64,000 nucleotides of DNA, taken from NCBI GenBank assembly GCA_963709335.1, contig CAVPWB010000009.1, positions 90,997 to 154,996 of the forward strand. The letters run 5' to 3'. Shown in pieces: positions 10,698-20,825 of this stretch (the first letter of the stretch is position 1; every line of letters begins with the position of its first letter). Both the position numbers and the translations under genes were made by a program. The notes under the pieces are model-generated. The model had not been told where the DNA came from. It ran no database searches and saw only the letters and a program-made list of their open reading frames with translations. The stretch comes from an uncultured Pseudomonadota bacterium (GTDB lineage: Bacteria; Pseudomonadota; Gammaproteobacteria; Burkholderiales; Casimicrobiaceae).

Positions 10698-11829
10698 GCG
10701 CGTTGCCGCCCGGCCGGTGGGAGATCGCCTGTCCGAGTGCGGCGAGAAAGCGTGTATTTTCTGCCGGCAGCCCGACGGTGACGCGCAGGAACGACGGCAG
10801 GCCATAGTTCGCAACCGGCCGCACGATGACGCCTTGCCGCAACAACTCCAGATTGACGCCGGCGGCGTCGCCCACGTCGATCAGGATGAAGTTGCCGTGC
10901 GAACGCACGTAGCGCACCGCCAGCGCATCGAGACCGGCTTCGAGCTGTCGCAGTCCTTCGCGGTTCAGCCGCCGGCTCTCGGCGACATAGTCGGTGTCGC
11001 CCAGCGCGGCGACGGCGGCGGCCTGCGCCAGCGAGTTGACGTTGAATGGCTGGCGCACCCGGTTCATGAGATCGGCGACGGCCGGATCCATGACGCCGTA
11101 CCCGATGCGCAGCGCCGCGAGTCCGTAGGCCTTGGAAAAGGTTCTCGACACGATCAGGTTCGAATACCGCGGCAGCCAGTCGATTGCTGCGGATTGCTCG
11201 GAGGGCTCGAGGAATTCGTTGTACGCCTCGTCCAACACGACGATCACATCCCGGGGTACGCTTGCGATGAACGATTCGACAGCGGCACCCGTGAGCCAGG
11301 TTCCCGTCGGATTGTTCGGATTCGCAATGAATACAATCTTTGTTCGCGGCGTAATTGCCGCGCGCATCGCGTCGAGGTCGTGGGCATGATCCTTGTCGGC
11401 GACTTCGACGCCACGCGCACCCCGCGCCTGCGTGGCAAGTGGGTAGACAACGAATGCGTAGCGCGAATAGACGGCGTCGTCGCCGGGGCTCAGAAACGCC
11501 TGCGTCGCGAGCTCGAGCACGTCGTTGCTGCCGTTGCCCAGCACGATCCGTTCCGGACCTACGCGCAGGTGCTCCGCGAGTGCGGTCTTGAGCGCAAACG
11601 CGTTGCCATCGGGATAGCGCGTGAGCCCGCTGGCAGCGGTGGCGACGGCGGCGAGCGCCTTGGGGCTCGGCCCGCGCGGATTCTCGTTCGACGCGAGCTT
11701 GATGATCGACGCAACGTCGAGGTTCAACTCGCGTGCGACCTCCTCGATCGGCTTGCCGCCGACGTAAGGGGCAATCGCGCGGACGTAATCGGGCGCGCGT
11801 TCGTGCGCGGCTGCGTGCTTTGCGCTCAT
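10684..11829 (-). CDS. hisC: histidinol-phosphate/aromatic aminotransferase (class II PLP aminotransferase)
   Basis: ORF 10684..12357 trimmed to the ATG at 11829-11827 ([30 protein letters not shown]...), which forms an ATGA overlap with the pheA stop. Contains LASNENPRGPSP and the PLP-lysine motif SRTFSKAYGLA. Confidence 0.85.
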   Translation of the reverse strand: MSAKHAAAHERAPDYVRAIAPYVGGKPIEEVARELNLDVASIIKLASNENPRGPSPKALAAVATAASGLTRYPDGNAFALKTALAEHLRVGPERIVLGNGSNDVLELATQAFLSPGDDAVYSRYAFVVYPLATQARGARGVEVADKDHAHDLDAMRAAITPRTKIVFIANPNNPTGTWLTGAAVESFIASVPRDVIVVLDEAYNEFLEPSEQSAAIDWLPRYSNLIVSRTFSKAYGLAALRIGYGVMDPAVADLMNRVRQPFNVNSLAQAAAVAALGDTDYVAESRRLNREGLRQLEAGLDALAVRYVRSHGNFILIDVGDAAGVNLELLRQGVIVRPVANYGLPSFLRVTVGLPAENTRFLAALGQAISHRPGGNARAHR

Positions 11830-12980
11830 ACCGGTCCGCCGGCGGGTTCGCGCGCGGCCGGCGCCGGCGTCACACCATCGGCCGGATACGAGCCCAGCAG
11901 TTTCAGAAATGGCGCCTTCGAACTCAGCTCCGCTAACGCCGCGGCGACGGCGGTATCTTCGCGATGGCCGAGCACGTCGACGAAGAACAGGTATTCCCAC
12001 AACCCGGTCCGTGCCGGACGCGACTCGATCCGCGTCATCGAAACGCCGTGCCGTGCAAACGGCTCGAGCAGCGCGTGCATCGCACCGGGCCGGTTCGCCG
12101 CGGACATCACGAGCGACGTCTCGTCGCGCCCGGACGGCGGCACGCTCTGCCGGCCGAGCACCCAGAACCTGGTCGTGTTGTTCGGCTCGTCCTCGATGTG
12201 CGCAGCGAGCACACCCAGACCGTAGATCGACGCGGCGATCTCGCCGGCAATCGCCGCCGTGCCGGGCTCCTGCGCGGCGAGCCGCGCCGCCTCGGCGTTG
12301 CTCGACACAGGAACTCGGGCCGCACCCGGCAAGTGTCGCGCGAGCCATTGCGCGCATTGCGCCAGCGATTGCGCGTGCGAATAGATCTTGCTTACTCGCT
12401 CGACGGCCGCTTCCTTCGACAAGAGGTTCTGCTCGACGCGCAGCTTGATTTCGCCGCAGATCGAAAGCTCGGTCGAATACATGAGGTCGAGCGTCCGGCC
12501 GACGGCACCCTCAGTCGAGTTCTCGACGGGAACGACGGCGTAATCCGCCTGGCCCGCCTCGCCGGCGCGAAAGATCTCGTCGATGGTTGCGTACGGCAAT
12601 GCATCGACGAATTGTCCGAAATGCTTGCCGACTGCTGCGTGACTGAACGTGCCCGCGGGACCGAGATAGGCAATTCGCAGCTTCTGCTCGAGTGCAAGGC
12701 ACGCCGACATCACCTGGCGGAACACGCCGATGATCGCGGCATCCGGCAGCGGTCCGCCGTTCTGATCGCACAACCGGGCGAGGACCTGAGCCTCGCGGTC
12801 CGGCCGGTACGCGGCGCCGCCGCCGCCTGCCTTCAACGCGCCGATGGCCTTGGCATGCATCGCACGCTCGTTGAGCCTGCCGAGAATTTCGCGATCGAGG
12901 ACGTCGATCGCGTCGCGGTGCACGCGCAACCGATTGTCGAGCTCGTCGTCGCGGGCGTCGCCCGCCGTAGCGTCAGCCAT
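11826..12980 (-). CDS. pheA: bifunctional chorismate mutase / prephenate dehydratase (P-protein)
   Basis: 384 aa. N-terminal chorismate mutase helix region ([23 protein letters not shown]), PDT domain [15 protein letters not shown]-terminal ACT region with ESRP. Confidence 0.9.
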   Translation of the reverse strand: MADATAGDARDDELDNRLRVHRDAIDVLDREILGRLNERAMHAKAIGALKAGGGGAAYRPDREAQVLARLCDQNGGPLPDAAIIGVFRQVMSACLALEQKLRIAYLGPAGTFSHAAVGKHFGQFVDALPYATIDEIFRAGEAGQADYAVVPVENSTEGAVGRTLDLMYSTELSICGEIKLRVEQNLLSKEAAVERVSKIYSHAQSLAQCAQWLARHLPGAARVPVSSNAEAARLAAQEPGTAAIAGEIAASIYGLGVLAAHIEDEPNNTTRFWVLGRQSVPPSGRDETSLVMSAANRPGAMHALLEPFARHGVSMTRIESRPARTGLWEYLFFVDVLGHREDTAVAAALAELSSKAPFLKLLGSYPADGVTPAPAAREPAGGPV

Positions 12981-14058
12981 GGGTCGCTTCGAATTCCTGC
13001 ATCCAGTCCGTCAGCGCAACGACACCCGCGAGCGGCATTGCGTTGTACAGCGATGCCCGCATGCCGCCGACCGCGCGATGCCCCTTGAGCTGGACGAGGC
13101 CCCGTGCCTTGGCACCTTCGAGGAACGCTGCGTCGAACTTAGGATCGCGCAGGAAGAACGGCACGCTCATCCGCGAACGATCCTGCGGGCGCACGGGATT
13201 GCGGTAGAACCCGGTTCGATCGATTGCCGCGTACAGCGCCTGTGCCTTCGCGACGTTGACGCGTTCGATCGCCGCGAGCCCGCCTTGCGCCAGCAACCAT
13301 TCGAACGTCAGCCCGGCGAGGTAGATCGCGAACGTGGCCGGCGTGTTGAACATCGAGTCGGCCTTCGCCTGCACAGCATAGTCGAACACGCTCGGGCACT
13401 CGCGTCGCGCGCGGCCGGCAAGATCGTCACGAACGATGACAACCGTGAGTCCGGCCGGGCCGATGTTCTTCTGCGCGCCCGCGTAGATGATTCCGAACCT
13501 CGCGACGTCAACAGGTCGCGACAGGATGTGCGACGACGCGTCGGCGACGAGCGGAATCGCGCCAGTGTCGGGAATCCAGAAATACTCGACGCCGCCGATC
13601 GTCTCGTTCGTCGTGATGTGAACGTAACTGGCGTCGGTCGACAACTGCCACGCCGACTGCGGCGGAACGTACGTGTACTCGGCGTCGGCGCTCGACGCGG
13701 CGATGTTGACGCGCCCGTATTTGTGCGCTTCGGCGATCGACTTCTGCGCCCAGTGCCCCGTGTCGACGTAGTCCGCCACGCCGCCTGCAGGCAACAGGTT
13801 GAGCGGTACCGCGGCGTTCTGAGCGAGTGCGCCGCCCTGCAGGAAAAGCACGCGGTAGTTCGGCGGAATGGCGAGCAGTGCGCGCAGGTCCGCTTCGGCT
13901 TTCGCGAGAATCGACATGAAGTGGCTGCCGCGATGGCTCATTTCCATCACCGACATGCCGCTGCCGTTCCAGTCCAGCAATTCCGCCTGCGCTCGTTGCA
14001 GCACCGGCTCCGGCATGGCCGCCGGACCGGCGCTGAAGTTCCAGACTCGCTTCGTCAT
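12973..14058 (-). CDS. serC: 3-phosphoserine/phosphohydroxythreonine aminotransferase
   Basis: 361 aa: [20 protein letters not shown]...SVMEMSHRG...[19 protein letters not shown]. Confidence 0.9.
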   Translation of the reverse strand: MTKRVWNFSAGPAAMPEPVLQRAQAELLDWNGSGMSVMEMSHRGSHFMSILAKAEADLRALLAIPPNYRVLFLQGGALAQNAAVPLNLLPAGGVADYVDTGHWAQKSIAEAHKYGRVNIAASSADAEYTYVPPQSAWQLSTDASYVHITTNETIGGVEYFWIPDTGAIPLVADASSHILSRPVDVARFGIIYAGAQKNIGPAGLTVVIVRDDLAGRARRECPSVFDYAVQAKADSMFNTPATFAIYLAGLTFEWLLAQGGLAAIERVNVAKAQALYAAIDRTGFYRNPVRPQDRSRMSVPFFLRDPKFDAAFLEGAKARGLVQLKGHRAVGGMRASLYNAMPLAGVVALTDWMQEFEATHG

Positions 14059-14092
14059 CTACGTCCCATCCGCTCGCCGCGTAACCCGGCAA

Positions 14093-16648
14093 CTACACCT
14101 CGTCGTCGTCGTCGCGCTCGACGACCCTTTCGAGCCCCGCCAGCTTCTCGCCCTTGTCGAGATTGATCAGCGTGACGCCTTGCGTCGAGCGGCTCATTTC
14201 GCGGATCGACTTCACGCTCGTGCGGATCAGCACACCCGACGTCGAGATCAGCACGACCTCGTCGTCGGGACGCACGAGTGCAGCGCCGATCACCTGGCCG
14301 TTGCGGCTCGACTGCTGGATCGCAATCATTCCCTTCGTGCCACGGCCGTGCCGCGTGTATTCGACGATCGGCGTGCGCTTGCCGTACCCCTGCTCGGTGG
14401 CGGTCAACACCGACTGCTCCTCGTCCTCGGCGACGAGCATCGAGATCACCTTCTGCCCCTTGTCGAGCATCATCCCGCGCACACCGTGCGCGTTGCGGCC
14501 CATCGGACGCACGTCGTTCTCGTCGAAGCGGACCGCCTTGCCACCGGAGCTGAACAGCATCACGTCGTGCTTGCCGTCCGTCAACGCAACGCCGATCAGC
14601 CGATCGCCATCGGTGAGATCGACGGCGATGATGCCGGACGGCCGCGGTCGCGAGAAATCGGCGAGCGACGTCTTCTTCACCGTGCCCATTGCCGTCGCCA
14701 TGAAGACGTAGCGGCCCTCGGAAAACTCCTTGACCGGCAGGATCGCCGTCAGCTTCTCGTTGTCGATCAGCGGCAGCAGGTTGACGATTGGCTTGCCGCG
14801 TGCGTTGCGCTGTTGCCCCTGCGGCACGTTGTAGACCTTGAGCCAGTAGACGCGTCCGCGGTTGGAGAAGCACAGGATGAAGTCGTGCGTATTGGCGATG
14901 AACATCCGGTCGACGAAATCGTCCTCTTTCGTCCCGGTGGCCTGCTTGCCACGCCCGCCGCGTCGCTGCGCGCGGTACTCGCCGACTGGCTGCGCCTTCA
15001 TGTAGCCGCCGTGCGACAGCGTGACGACCATGTCTTCGGGCGCGATGAGGTCCTCGAGCGACAGGTCGACGCCCTGCGCGACGATCTCGCTCTTGCGCTT
15101 GTCGCCGAACTGGTCGCGGATGGCGGTCAGCTCGTCGTGGATGATCTGCGTGATGCGCGCGGGCTTGGCGAGGATGTCGAGCAGATCGGCGATCAGCGTC
15201 ATCACGTCGCGATAGTCGGCGGTGATCTTGTCCTGCTCGAGACCGGTGAGCCGCTGCAACCGCAGTTCGAGGATCGCTTGCGCCTGCACATCGGACAGCC
15301 GGTATCCGGTCTTCGCGTGCCAGCCGAACTCGGGCGCCAATCCTTCGGGTCGCGCGTTGTCCGCAGCGGCGCGCTTCAGCATCTCCTCGACGAGTGGCGA
15401 GCGCCAGTTGCGTCCCATCAGCGCCGTCTTCGCCTCGGCCGGCGTGGGCGATGCCTTGATCAGCGCGATGATCTCGTCGACGTTCGACAGCGCGACGGCG
15501 AGTCCTTCCAGCACGTGGCCGCGGTCACGTGCCTTGCGAAGATCGAAGCGCGTCCGGCGCACGACGACTTCGCGCCGGTGGGTAATGAAGTGCTCGAGGA
15601 ACTGCTTGAGGTTGAGCAGCCGGGGCTGGCCGTCGACCAGCGCGACCATGTTCATGCCGAAGCTGTCCTGCAGCTGCGTCAGCTTGAACAGGTTGTTCTG
15701 GACGATCTCGGGGACCTCGCCGCGCCGCAGCTCGATGACGACCCGCATGCCGGACTTGTCGGATTCGTCACGGAGGTCGGAAATGCCTTCGAGGCGCTTT
15801 TCCCGGACGAGCTCGCCGATGCGCGTCAGCAGCGTCGCCTTGTTCACCTGGTAGGGGATCTCGTCGACGATGATCGCCTGACGATTGCCCTTGTCGAGAT
15901 CCTCGAAATGCGTGCGGGCGCGCATGATGACCCGGCCGCGGCCGGTGCGGTAGCCTTCGCGGACGCCTTCCAGCCCGTAAATGATCCCCGCAGTGGGAAA
16001 GTCAGGCGCCGGAATCATCTCCATCAGGTCGTCGACGCTGAGCTCGGGGCTGCCCAGCAGTGCGAGGCACCCGGTGATCGTCTCGGTCAGGTTGTGTGGC
16101 GGGATGTTCGTCGCCATGCCGACGGCAATGCCCGACGAGCCGTTGATCAGCAGGTTCGGCAGCCGCGACGGCAGGACGGCAGGCTCCTGCTCCTTGCCGT
16201 CGTAGTTCGGGACGAAGTCGACGGTCTCCTTGTCGATGTCGGCCAGGAGCTCGTTGGCGATCCGCTCGAGCCGGCACTCGGTGTAGCGCATCGCTGCCGG
16301 GTTGTCGCCATCGACCGAGCCGAAGTTGCCCTGCCCGTCGATCAGCGGATAGCGCAGCGAGAAGTCCTGGGCCATCCGGACCAGCGCGTCGTAGATCGCG
16401 GAATCGCCGTGCGGATGGTATTTCCCCATGACGTCGCCGACCACGCGCGCGCATTTCACGTAGGGCCGGTTGAAGACGATGTTCGCCTCGTGCATCGCGA
16501 ACAACACGCGTCGGTGGACGGGTTTCAGCCCGTCCCGGGCGTCCGGCAGCGCCCGGCCGACGATCACGCTCATCGCGTAATCGAGGTACGAATGCCGCAT
16601 CTCCGCTTCGAGACTTACCGGTATGGTTTCTTTGGCGAACTGCTCCAT
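14093..16648 (-). CDS. gyrA: DNA gyrase subunit A
   Basis: ORF 14093..16660 trimmed to [50 protein letters not shown] (ATG 16648-16646). Active-site region [13 protein letters not shown], followed by C-terminal beta-pinwheel repeats. Confidence 0.95.
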   Translation of the reverse strand: MEQFAKETIPVSLEAEMRHSYLDYAMSVIVGRALPDARDGLKPVHRRVLFAMHEANIVFNRPYVKCARVVGDVMGKYHPHGDSAIYDALVRMAQDFSLRYPLIDGQGNFGSVDGDNPAAMRYTECRLERIANELLADIDKETVDFVPNYDGKEQEPAVLPSRLPNLLINGSSGIAVGMATNIPPHNLTETITGCLALLGSPELSVDDLMEMIPAPDFPTAGIIYGLEGVREGYRTGRGRVIMRARTHFEDLDKGNRQAIIVDEIPYQVNKATLLTRIGELVREKRLEGISDLRDESDKSGMRVVIELRRGEVPEIVQNNLFKLTQLQDSFGMNMVALVDGQPRLLNLKQFLEHFITHRREVVVRRTRFDLRKARDRGHVLEGLAVALSNVDEIIALIKASPTPAEAKTALMGRNWRSPLVEEMLKRAAADNARPEGLAPEFGWHAKTGYRLSDVQAQAILELRLQRLTGLEQDKITADYRDVMTLIADLLDILAKPARITQIIHDELTAIRDQFGDKRKSEIVAQGVDLSLEDLIAPEDMVVTLSHGGYMKAQPVGEYRAQRRGGRGKQATGTKEDDFVDRMFIANTHDFILCFSNRGRVYWLKVYNVPQGQQRNARGKPIVNLLPLIDNEKLTAILPVKEFSEGRYVFMATAMGTVKKTSLADFSRPRPSGIIAVDLTDGDRLIGVALTDGKHDVMLFSSGGKAVRFDENDVRPMGRNAHGVRGMMLDKGQKVISMLVAEDEEQSVLTATEQGYGKRTPIVEYTRHGRGTKGMIAIQQSSRNGQVIGAALVRPDDEVVLISTSGVLIRTSVKSIREMSRSTQGVTLINLDKGEKLAGLERVVERDDDDEV

Positions 16649-16802
16649 GGGAACGAACAATCCTTGCGAACGAGGTTAAATCAGTTGAGAAAATGGCCAA
16701 AAATCGGCGGGAAGCGCACTTTCGCGCATCCGAACCGCCGACGCGAACCGGGACCGCGGCGCCGAATCGGCGCGCCAGCGTGGAAAGCTTTGAAAACACG
16801 GC

Positions 16803-16811
16803 ATTTTAACA
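16803..16811 (-). promoter_or_regulatory. candidate extended -10 element (TGTTAAAAT) for gyrA
   Basis: rc of attttaaca is TGTTAAAAT (TGn + TAAAAT), about 155 nt upstream of the gyrA ATG in the 345-bp gyrA/ompA-like divergent region. No good -35. Pattern match only. Confidence 0.25.
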
Positions 16812-16868
16812 TGGCGTTGTATCGCCGCGACACTCGTTTGCCGAACGCAAATGGGGCCGGCTCTTTCA

Positions 16869-16898
16869 TTGCTAGCGCCAAAATTGGCGTGCTATAGT
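16869..16898 (+). promoter_or_regulatory. candidate sigma70 promoter for the OmpA-family gene (TTGCTA-18 nt-TATAGT) with a palindrome in the spacer
   Basis: TTGCTA at 16869-16874 and TATAGT at 16893-16898. The spacer contains the perfect palindrome CGCCAA-AA-TTGGCG (16876-16889). About 108 nt upstream of the ATG at 17006. Confidence 0.3.
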
Positions 16899-17005
16899 CG
16901 GCGGGAACACAAAGGATTCGGTGCGTCAGGTAGTTACAGCCGCTCGCGCCAACTCGCTACGTTCGCACAAAACCTGTTCAAAACCAAAGTCAAAGGGGTG
17001 GAACA

Positions 17006-17791
17006 ATGACTCGACGTCTCGTCTCCGGTCTCGCCGTCGGCTTGCTTGCGGCTGGAATCGCCGGCTGCTCGACGCAACCGATGATGGCCCAACCGAAAGC
17101 CGATCCACGAGGCTACGTCGCCGGAACGGCTTACTGTGATCCGAAGGGGAATTGCGGCTACTGGACCGACAGCTGGAACACCCCGGGCAACAACGTCGTG
17201 AGGAGCGGCAGCTACAACGGTGCGCTCGGCCTGGCCGGCAATCTGTGCTGGCGCCAGGGGTTCTGGACGCCGCAAATGGCGATCATCGAATGCGATCCGG
17301 ACCTCGTGCCGAAGCCGGTCCCGCCGCCGCCTCCGCCCGCTGCCGCGCCGCCGCCCCCGCCGCCTGCTCCGGCGCCTGCACCGCCGCCCCCGCCGGCTGT
17401 TCAGAAGATCACGCTCGCATCGAAGGCGCTGTTCGACTTCGACAAGGCGATCCTGAAGCCGGAAGGCAAGGCGGCAATCGACAGCGAGATCATCTCCAAG
17501 CTGTCGAGCGTGCAGAAGCTCGAGCTCGTGCTCGTCACGGGTCATACCGACCGGATCGGTTCACAGCAGTACAACCAGCGGTTGTCTGAGCGTCGCGCCG
17601 ATGCCGTCCGCGATTACCTCGTCAGCCGTGGCGTGCCGCGTGACCGTATCGAAACACTGGGCATGGGCAAGACGCAGCCGGTTCCGGGTGTCGTATGCGA
17701 CCAGAAGGCACTCAAGGCGTTGATCGCGTGCCTCGCGCCGAACCGTCGCGTGGAAGTCGAAGTCAAGGGTGACGGAGTCGTGCGCCGCTGA
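17006..17791 (+). CDS. OmpA-family lipoprotein (peptidoglycan-associated OmpA_C domain behind a Pro/Ala-rich linker)
   Basis: Lipobox LLAAGIAGC. Cys-containing N-terminal domain, linker PKPVPPPPPPAAAPPPPPPAPAPAPPPPPA, and OmpA_C motif TGHTDRIGSQQYNQRLSERRADAVRDYL. SD aaggggtgg lies upstream. Confidence 0.85.
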   Translation: MTRRLVSGLAVGLLAAGIAGCSTQPMMAQPKADPRGYVAGTAYCDPKGNCGYWTDSWNTPGNNVVRSGSYNGALGLAGNLCWRQGFWTPQMAIIECDPDLVPKPVPPPPPPAAAPPPPPPAPAPAPPPPPAVQKITLASKALFDFDKAILKPEGKAAIDSEIISKLSSVQKLELVLVTGHTDRIGSQQYNQRLSERRADAVRDYLVSRGVPRDRIETLGMGKTQPVPGVVCDQKALKALIACLAPNRRVEVEVKGDGVVRR

Positions 17792-17812
17792 CGCACCGAC
17801 CTCTGTCCAACC

Positions 17813-17843
17813 AGCCCCGCGGCAGTTTCGCGGGGCTTTTTTT
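17813..17843 (+). terminator. rho-independent terminator of the OmpA-family gene
   Basis: AGCCCCGCG-gcagttt-CGCGGGGCT is a 9-bp perfect stem followed by T7 (17837-17843), 22 nt after the stop codon. Confidence 0.85.
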
Positions 17844-17854
17844 GGCTGTTTCGT

Positions 17855-17946
17855 GGCAAAGTTTCGCGAGGCGCAACGCGCCTCGCACGATACTTTGCCC
17901 CGTTCATCGTCCGCGAAAAGCTCGGGGCGGCCCTTCGCTTTTCGCG
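17855..17946 (+). other. two additional strong stem-loops in the ompA-like/mtaD intergenic region
   Basis: First: GGCAAAGT..GCGAGGCGC-aac-GCGCCTCGC..ACTTTGCC (17855-17899). Second: CGCGAAAAGC-15 nt-GCTTTTCGCG (17912-17946). Confidence 0.5.
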
Positions 17947-18017
17947 CGGCAACTGCGATTGGCGCTCGCGTGCGGCGCCAGTGAGGCTTGCACACGCCTT
18001 CCGTTAAACTCCGGCGG

Positions 18018-19334
18018 ATGCTGAGTCCGCGCACCGTCGACCTGCGCATCGATGCGCGCTGGGTCGTGCCCGTCGAGCCGGCGGGCGTGCTGGCCGACCA
18101 CGCGCTGATCGTCGACGGCGGCCGCATCGTCGCCGTTTTGCGCGCAACCGACGCCGATCGCGATTACCGTGCAAGCACGCATGTGACGTTGCCCGACCAC
18201 GTGCTGATCCCCGGGCTCGTCAACGCGCACACGCACGCTGCGATGACGCTGTTGCGGGGCGTGGCCGACGACGTGCCGCTGAAGCCCTGGCTCGAGCAAC
18301 AGATCTGGCCGCGCGAGGCGCGGCTTGTCGCACCGGACTTCGTCCATGACGGCACGCTGCTCGGCGCCGCGGAAATGCTGCGCGGCGGCATCACCTGTTG
18401 CAACGACATGTATTTCTATCCGGACGCGGCTGCGCGTGCCTACGAAAAAGCCGGCATGCGCGCGATGCTGGGCATGCCGATCCTCGACTTCCCCACGCCC
18501 TACGCGGCCGATGCCGACGCATACATCGCGCGCGGTCTGGCCGCGCGAGACATGTTCAAGCACGCTGCGCGGTTATCGTTCTCGCTCGCGCCGCATGCGC
18601 CGTACACGGTGTCGGACGCGACGTGGAGCACGATCGTGATGTTCGCGCGCCAACTCGATCTGCCGATCCAGACGCATGTCGCCGAGACCAAGGCCGAGGT
18701 CGACGACGCCATTGCCGCCACGCACGAGACGCCGCTTGCGCGACTCGATCGGCTGGGCGCAACCGGACCGGCATTCATCGCGATCCACGCCGTGCATCTC
18801 GACGCCGGCGACATCGACAGGCTCGCAACGCACGGCTGCCACGTCGTTCACTGCCCCGGCTCGAACATGAAGCTCGCGAGCGGCATCGCGCCGATCGGGG
18901 CGTTGCTGGCGAGGAACGTCAACGTCGCGCTCGGCACCGATGGCGCCGCGTCGAACAATCGGCTCGATCTCTTCGGCGAAATGCGCCTTGCAAGCCTGCT
19001 CGCCAAGGTTGCGACCGGCGATGCGGCGGTGGTTCCGGCCGCGACGGCGCTGCGGATGGCGACGCTCAACGGCGCGATCGCGCTCGGGCTCGAAGGCGAG
19101 ATCGGCTCGCTCGAAATCGGCAAGCAGGCCGACGTAACCGCAGTGCGCATTGCCGACGTCGAAACGCTGCCGATGTACGATCCGGTATCGCATCTGGTCA
19201 ACGCCGCGGGACGCGAGCACGTGACCGACGTGTGGGTCGCAGGTGACCGGGTCGTCGAGGCCGGCCAGGTGACAACGCTCGACGTGACCGCGCTGTGCAG
19301 CCGCGCGCATGCCTGGCAACAGCGCATCGCCTGA
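18018..19334 (+). CDS. mtaD: 5'-methylthioadenosine/S-adenosylhomocysteine deaminase-type amidohydrolase (TRZ/ATZ family)
   Basis: IPGLVNAHTHAAMTLLRG metal-binding motif, then ...HVAET... and ALGTDGAASNN. Start taken at ATG 18018 (MLSPRTVDLRIDARWVVPVEP); the TTG at 17988 is an alternative. Confidence 0.8.
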   Translation: MLSPRTVDLRIDARWVVPVEPAGVLADHALIVDGGRIVAVLRATDADRDYRASTHVTLPDHVLIPGLVNAHTHAAMTLLRGVADDVPLKPWLEQQIWPREARLVAPDFVHDGTLLGAAEMLRGGITCCNDMYFYPDAAARAYEKAGMRAMLGMPILDFPTPYAADADAYIARGLAARDMFKHAARLSFSLAPHAPYTVSDATWSTIVMFARQLDLPIQTHVAETKAEVDDAIAATHETPLARLDRLGATGPAFIAIHAVHLDAGDIDRLATHGCHVVHCPGSNMKLASGIAPIGALLARNVNVALGTDGAASNNRLDLFGEMRLASLLAKVATGDAAVVPAATALRMATLNGAIALGLEGEIGSLEIGKQADVTAVRIADVETLPMYDPVSHLVNAAGREHVTDVWVAGDRVVEAGQVTTLDVTALCSRAHAWQQRIA

Positions 19335-19340
19335 ACCGTG

Positions 19341-20108
19341 ATGAATCCGACGCCCCAGTCCCCTGCTTCGGCACCCGCGCCGGCCGCTGGCGTCGCAAGC
19401 AACGCCGATCCAGCCGAGCTTGCGAAGTTTTCGGCGCTCGCGCATCGATGGTGGGACCCCGAAAGCGAGTTCAAGCCGTTGCACGACATCAACCCGCTCC
19501 GGCTCAGCTGGATCGAGCGGATCGCCGACGGGCTCGCAGGCAAGCGTGTCGCCGATGTCGGCTGCGGCGGTGGCATCCTCGCCGAATCGATGGCGGCGCG
19601 CGGCGCGCAAGTCACCGGCATCGATCTGTCGACCAAAGCGATCGGAGTCGCACGGCTCCATCAATATGAATCCGGATCTGCGGTCGATTACCGCCATGTT
19701 GCCGCCGAAGCACTCGCGCTCGAGATGCCGGGCGCATTCGACGTCGTCGCGTGCCTCGAGTTGCTCGAGCACGTGCCGGAGCCGGCGTCGACGGTCGCGG
19801 CATGCGCGGCACTCGCCCGGCCGGGCGGCATCGTCGTGTTCTCGACGCTCAACCGCAATCCCAAATCGTACGTGCAGGCGATTCTCGGCGCCGAATACCT
19901 GCTGCGACTGCTGCCGCGCGGCACGCACGACTGGTCGCGCTTCCTGCGGCCGTCCGAGCTCGCCGGTTTCGCGCGTCGCGCGCGACTGGAACTCGTGACG
20001 ATGATCGGCATGACGTACAACCCGCTGACTAGGACGTATCGGCTCGTCGACGACACGTCGGTCAACTATATGGCGGCCTTCAAGCGGCCGATGCCCGATG
20101 CGACCTGA
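19341..20108 (+). CDS. ubiG: bifunctional 3-demethylubiquinol / 2-polyprenyl-6-hydroxyphenol O-methyltransferase
   Basis: [30 protein letters not shown] and SAM motif [16 protein letters not shown] at 19341 (the GTG at 19338 is also possible). Confidence 0.9.
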   Translation: MNPTPQSPASAPAPAAGVASNADPAELAKFSALAHRWWDPESEFKPLHDINPLRLSWIERIADGLAGKRVADVGCGGGILAESMAARGAQVTGIDLSTKAIGVARLHQYESGSAVDYRHVAAEALALEMPGAFDVVACLELLEHVPEPASTVAACAALARPGGIVVFSTLNRNPKSYVQAILGAEYLLRLLPRGTHDWSRFLRPSELAGFARRARLELVTMIGMTYNPLTRTYRLVDDTSVNYMAAFKRPMPDAT

Positions 20109-20784
20109 CTCACATCCGCTGCCGGTCGCGGCGGTCCTGTTCGATCTCGACGGCACGCTGGCGGACAGCGCGGGAGACCTCGCGGGCGCGGTCAACCGGA
20201 TTCGTCGCGAGCGCGGGATGGCAGAAATGTCGGTGGCGTCGCTGCGCCCGCATGCGTCGGCCGGCGCGCGCGGGTTGCTCGGCGCGGGCATGGGGGTCGC
20301 GCCCGGCGACCCGGACTACCCCGTGCTACGCGACCGGTTTCTCGCTTATTACGAAGCGGGGTTGGCCGAAACGACCGCGCTGTTCGACGGCATCGGAGCG
20401 CTGCTCGACGCGCTCGACGCGCGCGGTCTGCGCTGGGGAATCGTCACGAACAAGGCCGCGCGCTACACGCGGCCCGTCCTCGCGGCGCTCGGCATCGAGT
20501 CCCGCGCAAGCGCAATCGTCTCGGGCGACACGACGCCGCATCCGAAACCGCACCCGGCGCCGCTGCTGCATGCGGCGACCCTTCTCGATCTCGATTCCGC
20601 GAAGTGCGTTTACGTTGGCGACGACCTGCGCGATATCGTTGCCGGCAACGCGGCGGGCATGCCGACGATCGTCGCGGAGTACGGTTATCTCGGCGAAGCC
20701 GGATGCTCGGACGATTGGCCCGCGAATGGCTGGATCGACCAGCCGCTCGACCTCTTGCACTGGTTGCCGCAGCGCGGCGACTGA
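20098..20784 (+). CDS. gph: phosphoglycolate phosphatase (HAD superfamily)
   Basis: HAD motif [14 protein letters not shown], then IVTNK and [13 protein letters not shown]. Overlaps the ubiG stop by 11 nt. ubiG-gph linkage is common in beta/gamma-proteobacteria. Confidence 0.8.
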   Translation: MRPDSHPLPVAAVLFDLDGTLADSAGDLAGAVNRIRRERGMAEMSVASLRPHASAGARGLLGAGMGVAPGDPDYPVLRDRFLAYYEAGLAETTALFDGIGALLDALDARGLRWGIVTNKAARYTRPVLAALGIESRASAIVSGDTTPHPKPHPAPLLHAATLLDLDSAKCVYVGDDLRDIVAGNAAGMPTIVAEYGYLGEAGCSDDWPANGWIDQPLDLLHWLPQRGD

Positions 20785-20825
20785 CCCAACGCGGGCCTCA
20801 GCCCTGCACCAACGGCAGCTCGGTG

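Noticed and set aside
13868-16897. Very long alternative-frame or antisense ORFs in the track. Examples: 13868..16897 (+, 1009 aa, antisense to gyrA), 55220..59221 (+, 1333 aa), 10309..12225 (+), 524..1840 (+), 18573..20291 (-).
   Set aside because: Their translations are Arg/Ala/Gly/Pro-rich low-complexity strings with no recognisable motifs. Each lies opposite or out of frame to a gene with strong family signatures. Stop-poor antisense frames are expected in GC-rich DNA.
17309-17398. Pro/Ala-rich, C-rich tract in the OmpA-family gene as a possible contingency or VNTR locus
   Set aside because: It is an imperfect codon mixture (ccg/ccc/gcc/gct) rather than an exact short tandem repeat. Such linkers are normal between the N-terminal and OmpA_C domains.
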